Position numbers and translations under genes: made by a program
Shown: piece by piece, positions 53,454-56,738 of the stretch
Layout of the letters: each line of letters begins with the position of its first letter
Numbering within the stretch: the first letter of the stretch is position 1
Virus record (IMG/VR): IMGVR_UViG_3300020733_000003
Coordinates: 1 to 56,738 of that record
Length of the DNA stretch: 56,738 nt
Direction: 5' to 3' (one strand)
DNA from: a virus
Lineage: Duplodnaviria > Caudoviricetes
The notes under the pieces: model-generated
Told to the model about the DNA's origin: nothing
Database searches by the model: none
What the model saw: only the letters and a program-made list of their open reading frames with translations

Positions 53454-53693
53454 ATGGATAAATATGGATGGAATGACAGTTATGGAATCGCTAAGTTTAA
53501 AGTGGCGATAGATTGCCTTAAAGGGACATGGTTAACCCTTGGGGGTGATATCTCCCGTATGCCTAATTGGGAGTCTAAATTGCAATCTGCTGTGCTTAAG
53601 GAACCTAGTTTTGAAAAGGCATACATGAATTTGATCGACAAGATAGCTGATGATTTAGTTCGCAAGCAACGTGGATTTCGCTGGTTTGAGTGA
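53454..53693 (+). CDS. Hypothetical protein
   Basis: 79 aa; precedes a terminator. Confidence 0.6.
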   Translation: MDKYGWNDSYGIAKFKVAIDCLKGTWLTLGGDISRMPNWESKLQSAVLKEPSFEKAYMNLIDKIADDLVRKQRGFRWFE

Positions 53694-53707
53694 AGCCTAC
53701 AAACAAG

Positions 53708-53743
53708 AAAAGCCCCCGTCCGTTACTTGGACGGGGGCTTCTT
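53708..53743. terminator. Bidirectional intrinsic terminator
   Basis: AAAAGCCCCCGTCC-loop-GGACGGGGGCTTCTT. Confidence 0.85.
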
Positions 53744-53780
53744 CGTTGCTCACTTATGTGTATTTGCAATGTGTACTCGT

Positions 53781-54644
53781 TCATCTTCCTTCTTTCCCTG
53801 CCAAATGCTTCGCATGTAAAGCTTTTAGTTTCTTTGCGGTGATGCCGGGTATATGCTTCCAGTCATCAAACTTGATTGGCTCTGGTTGTTGAAGCAAACA
53901 GCAAAGCGTTTGATATTCTGGGAAGTTAATCTCAAACTCATTTCGCGTTAAGCCTGTGTTCTTGTCAAAGCAAATAACCTTGGGTTCCTCGGAGCAGAAG
54001 AAACCAGCAGAGTAGTTACAGGCATTGCCATTGCCAGTGTTGCGGTTGCCAGTGTTGTAGTTGCCAGTGTTGTAGCCGCCAGTGTTGTAGCCGCCAGTGT
54101 TGCGGTTGCCAGTGTTGCGGTTGCCAGTGTTGTAGCCGCCAGTGTTGTAGCCGCCAGTGTTGTAGTCGCCAGTGTTGCGGTAGCCAGTGTTGCGGTAGCC
54201 AGTGTTGCGGTAGCCAGTGTTGCGGTAGCCAGTGTTGCGGTAGCCAGTGTTGCGGTTGCCAGTGTTGTAGTCGCCAGTGTTGCGGTAGCCAGTGTTGTAG
54301 TCGCCAGTGTTGTAGTCGCCAGCATGGATAATCTCTTCTACCAACCGGATAAACCGAGCAACACGCTTAAAATCAGCACCCGGTTCTTTGGGAACTTCCA
54401 AAACCATCTTGGCCTCAACCTTCCATATTCGTGTACCTGCGGCCTGGTAGTAAGCCCAAGGACCAGACGGTTGTTCGCAGAAGTGGAATCCATTTGCACA
54501 GGGGATCAGTTCACCTTCGCATTCGTACCACTGGCCTACTTCAAAGGTAAAAGGCTTGCCGTCTGGATTGCAAGTTAGGTTTGCGTCAGTGGCTTTGTAG
54601 CCAGTCATAAAATCAATGTATTTGGGTTTGTTTGTAATTGTCAT
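53781..54644 (-). CDS. Pentapeptide (NTGxx) repeat protein (start revised to MTITNK)
   Basis: N-terminal GYKATD..LTC...FEVG..Y...C.NGFHFC domain; 19 NTGxx units; AAGGAG SD. Confidence 0.88.
   Translation of the reverse strand: MTITNKPKYIDFMTGYKATDANLTCNPDGKPFTFEVGQWYECEGELIPCANGFHFCEQPSGPWAYYQAAGTRIWKVEAKMVLEVPKEPGADFKRVARFIRLVEEIIHAGDYNTGDYNTGYRNTGDYNTGNRNTGYRNTGYRNTGYRNTGYRNTGYRNTGDYNTGGYNTGGYNTGNRNTGNRNTGGYNTGGYNTGNYNTGNRNTGNGNACNYSAGFFCSEEPKVICFDKNTGLTRNEFEINFPEYQTLCCLLQQPEPIKFDDWKHIPGITAKKLKALHAKHLAGKEGR
54028..54321 (-). repeat. 15-bp coding tandem repeat (AACACTGGC-NNN-NNN), about 19 copies
   Basis: Read directly. Confidence 0.95.
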
Positions 54645-54663
54645 ATCAATGTCTCCTTTGTTA

Positions 54664-55014
54664 TCAATACTTTGAGTTTCCGTGTTTCGACTTCCCTTGC
54701 CGCAGGTCAGCCAGTAGTAGTTCGATCCTCTGTCCCTCCCCCTCAGTGACAAGGAAGGACCGGACCCGCTTCAACTGCGAAATGGGTTGGGTCAGTCTCT
54801 CCTCCCCGGTGAAAGATTCGGCCTCCAGCGGGTCGGGGATCATGACTTCGATGACATCGAAAGTGCGGTGCTGGAACTTCGCCTTTCGGTCCCCCTCGGT
54901 CTTTAGTTCGATGACGTGGTGCTGGCCGTCCAGTGGATCGATCACGATCCCATGTGGGCGGCCCTTCACATCCGTCAGCTTGGTGGCCACGATCTTTGCC
55001 TTCTCTGCTGTCAT
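54664..55014 (-). CDS. Hypothetical protein
   Basis: GGGAGG SD; ATGA coupling. Confidence 0.75.
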   Translation of the reverse strand: MTAEKAKIVATKLTDVKGRPHGIVIDPLDGQHHVIELKTEGDRKAKFQHRTFDVIEVMIPDPLEAESFTGEERLTQPISQLKRVRSFLVTEGEGQRIELLLADLRQGKSKHGNSKY

Positions 55015-55334
55015 CTGAGCCTCCCTGCAAGGGCTAGGACTATTCCAACCCCTATTGCCCCGTATAGGGCCAGCAAACCTAAAAGACGGAGCAAGGAGAG
55101 GGCAAGGTTGGGTCGAGGCTTCAGTGTCTGGACCATTCCCTGCTGAAGTTTGATCCGTTGTTGCGCTGGCTGGTTGGTCACGCTCTCCGGTGTGGCCCCG
55201 CTTTGGATGTCGATGTCCCTAAAAAGGACGGGTAAGAGCTTGGTGGTGTAAGGGCTGAGGATTTCAGCCCTTGAGATTTCTGTTGGTTTCTTAGACATTG
55301 GGTCTTCCTCATTTGTCGGTTGGTCGCAGGTCAA
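55011..55334 (-). CDS. Membrane protein with a C-terminal TM helix (likely start MSKKPT)
   Basis: Hydrophobic LLGLLALYGAIGVGIVLALA; GAGGA precedes the internal Met. Confidence 0.65.
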   Translation of the reverse strand: MTCDQPTNEEDPMSKKPTEISRAEILSPYTTKLLPVLFRDIDIQSGATPESVTNQPAQQRIKLQQGMVQTLKPRPNLALSLLRLLGLLALYGAIGVGIVLALAGRLR

Positions 55335-55385
55335 TAACCCCGTAAAGGTTGGGCGAGAAGCACATCATCTGGCTTAGGATGAAGA

Positions 55386-56186
55386 TCATCTCTTCCACCC
55401 CGCTTTAATCCCCGGCAGTGTGTCGAGCTTCCACTCCTCGACCTTTTGCTTGTAGAACTTAAGGTCAGACTCGGCCTGACCTAGTCGTCGATTCAGTTCA
55501 CCTAGTCGAGCTACCTGCATCTTAGGGTAGCGGAGATCGTCGTTTGGCACCCATTGGATGCACTGGTTGGGCAGCGAGATCGGGACAAATCCACCATCCT
55601 CGGTCTTCTGGATCAGTCCCCTAATCTTGATCATATCGGACTGGAGTCGGAGGATGGCCTTCTCGCATCCCGACGGGGATAGTTCGTAAGGGAGCGTGTC
55701 GACTCCAATACATTGGCCCCGGAAGTAGCCATCGCCTTTGGTGTAGCCGTGGAGTACCATGCCGCCCTCGTCTGTCCGCTTGATGTTGCGGAGGCAGACC
55801 GGGCAGGTGCCTGTGTTCTCTCTTGTGCGTCGATCCCAGATCGGATCTTCCTTCAGGACTCGGCCCTTGACGACGATCTTCTTAGCCTCCTCGACCAATT
55901 CCCAGACTGGTTCCCACTTGGCGATAAACTCATCGACCTTGGGAGTCGTAGGAATCTTGCCTGCCTCAATTCGGCGCTTGAATCTCTTCAAGTTGAAGAG
56001 GTTGTACGGCATGGCGAAGTACAGGTTGCGGAGATCGTGGTCGTGGGCGATCAGTCTGCTGATCTCATTTGAGTCTGTCTCAAACCTGCTGTTGGCGTGG
56101 TTCTTCAGCACGTCCAGCGCACTGTTTGGGATGGAGCCAGCTTCAATGTGGCCCCTGAGTGCTTCGATAATTTGGTCTCTTATCAT
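55386..56186 (-). CDS. Hypothetical protein with a putative zinc-binding motif
   Basis: GTCPVC.R...HGY...C.G; AAGGAG SD. Confidence 0.8.
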   Translation of the reverse strand: MIRDQIIEALRGHIEAGSIPNSALDVLKNHANSRFETDSNEISRLIAHDHDLRNLYFAMPYNLFNLKRFKRRIEAGKIPTTPKVDEFIAKWEPVWELVEEAKKIVVKGRVLKEDPIWDRRTRENTGTCPVCLRNIKRTDEGGMVLHGYTKGDGYFRGQCIGVDTLPYELSPSGCEKAILRLQSDMIKIRGLIQKTEDGGFVPISLPNQCIQWVPNDDLRYPKMQVARLGELNRRLGQAESDLKFYKQKVEEWKLDTLPGIKAGWKR

Positions 56187-56350
56187 GGTGTCTCCTTAGA
56201 GTGTCTTGTCCTCTGCCCGACAAATTCCAGTTCGTAGGCTTTGATGTCCTGCTCAGATAGTGGTGTGGGGTAGTTCACCTTGTAACCCCACTCATACTGA
56301 ATCTCTTGAGCGATGGTGCGAATAGGTCGTGCTGTTGTCGAATTGTCCAT
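56183..56350 (-). CDS. Small protein (55 aa, not in ORF track)
   Basis: AGGAG SD; MDNSTTARPIRTIAQEIQYEWGYKVNYPTPLSEQDIKAYELEFVGQRTRHSKETP; ATGA coupling. Confidence 0.7.
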   Translation of the reverse strand: MDNSTTARPIRTIAQEIQYEWGYKVNYPTPLSEQDIKAYELEFVGQRTRHSKETP

Positions 56351-56382
56351 TTGATGTCTCCTAGTTGGTGGTCCTGTTATTT

Positions 56383-56411
56383 ATTATAAAGGTGCCTTAT
56401 CATGCCGTCAA
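56383..56411 (-). promoter_or_regulatory. Strong sigma70-type early promoter
   Basis: TTGACG-17 bp-TATAAT. Confidence 0.8.
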
Positions 56412-56639
56412 GCCTTGATTCTCAAAGCAACCTGCGAAAATTAACACTGCTGTGCTGGTCATGGCCCTAGATAGGGCAAGAGTGGGTCGTTGCTAGATGC
56501 TCCAGCGGTCAATGCGGCGGCCACAAGTGAGCAATCATCACATCGATGTCTCCATCAGATATGCAAAATCTGTTACCAATCAAGGCAGTCCGTCTGCATA
56601 CCCATATTCTTGTTTCAAATTGCAACCTAGTATTTCTAT

Positions 56640-56738
56640 GGGGTCAAACCATAGGGTCAAAAGTTCAAGCATGATCCTCTTCAGTTCAAGCTCATCAGAA
56701 ATTTGATCCCCTTCGACATGATAGTGAAGAAGTGTTGA
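56640..56738. repeat. Terminal direct repeat, right copy
   Basis: Identical to 1-99. Confidence 0.9.

Noticed and set aside
53948-54325. (ATTTL)n ORF, and a possible CRISPR array in the 15-bp repeat
   Set aside because: It is an alternate frame of the NTGxx gene; the units are contiguous with no unique spacers, and there are no cas genes.

Overview
This window looks like a complete, circularly assembled genome of a tailed dsDNA phage, most likely short-tailed (podovirus-like). Bases 1-99 repeat at 56640-56738. The + strand virion module (about 13.3-45.4 kb) encodes terminase, a tandem-GroES protein, a split portal, scaffold, capsid, adaptor/nozzle and three ejection-type proteins, the last of 3035 aa. 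A recombination/replication module (45.4-53.7 kb) encodes an MBL hydrolase, a RecT-like protein, an SbcC-like ATPase, a nuclease and a primase-helicase. There is a GH25 endolysin and many small accessory genes. I recognise no integrase, DNA polymerase, RNA polymerase, tape measure protein, reverse transcriptase or CRISPR array. The most striking signal is RNA-based. The leftward operon of small genes at 612-3483 is punctuated by three intact type II hammerhead ribozymes (1369-1431, 3222-3282, 3500-3558), each immediately before a ribosome-binding site. A fourth structured RNA in the same position (2500-2579) fits no ribozyme class I can assign. Other RNA elements are a tRNA-like RNA with an enlarged anticodon arm followed by a pseudoknotted leader, and an antisense/switch-like leader in front of the primase-helicase. 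All protein family calls come from motifs recognised by eye, not from database searches.
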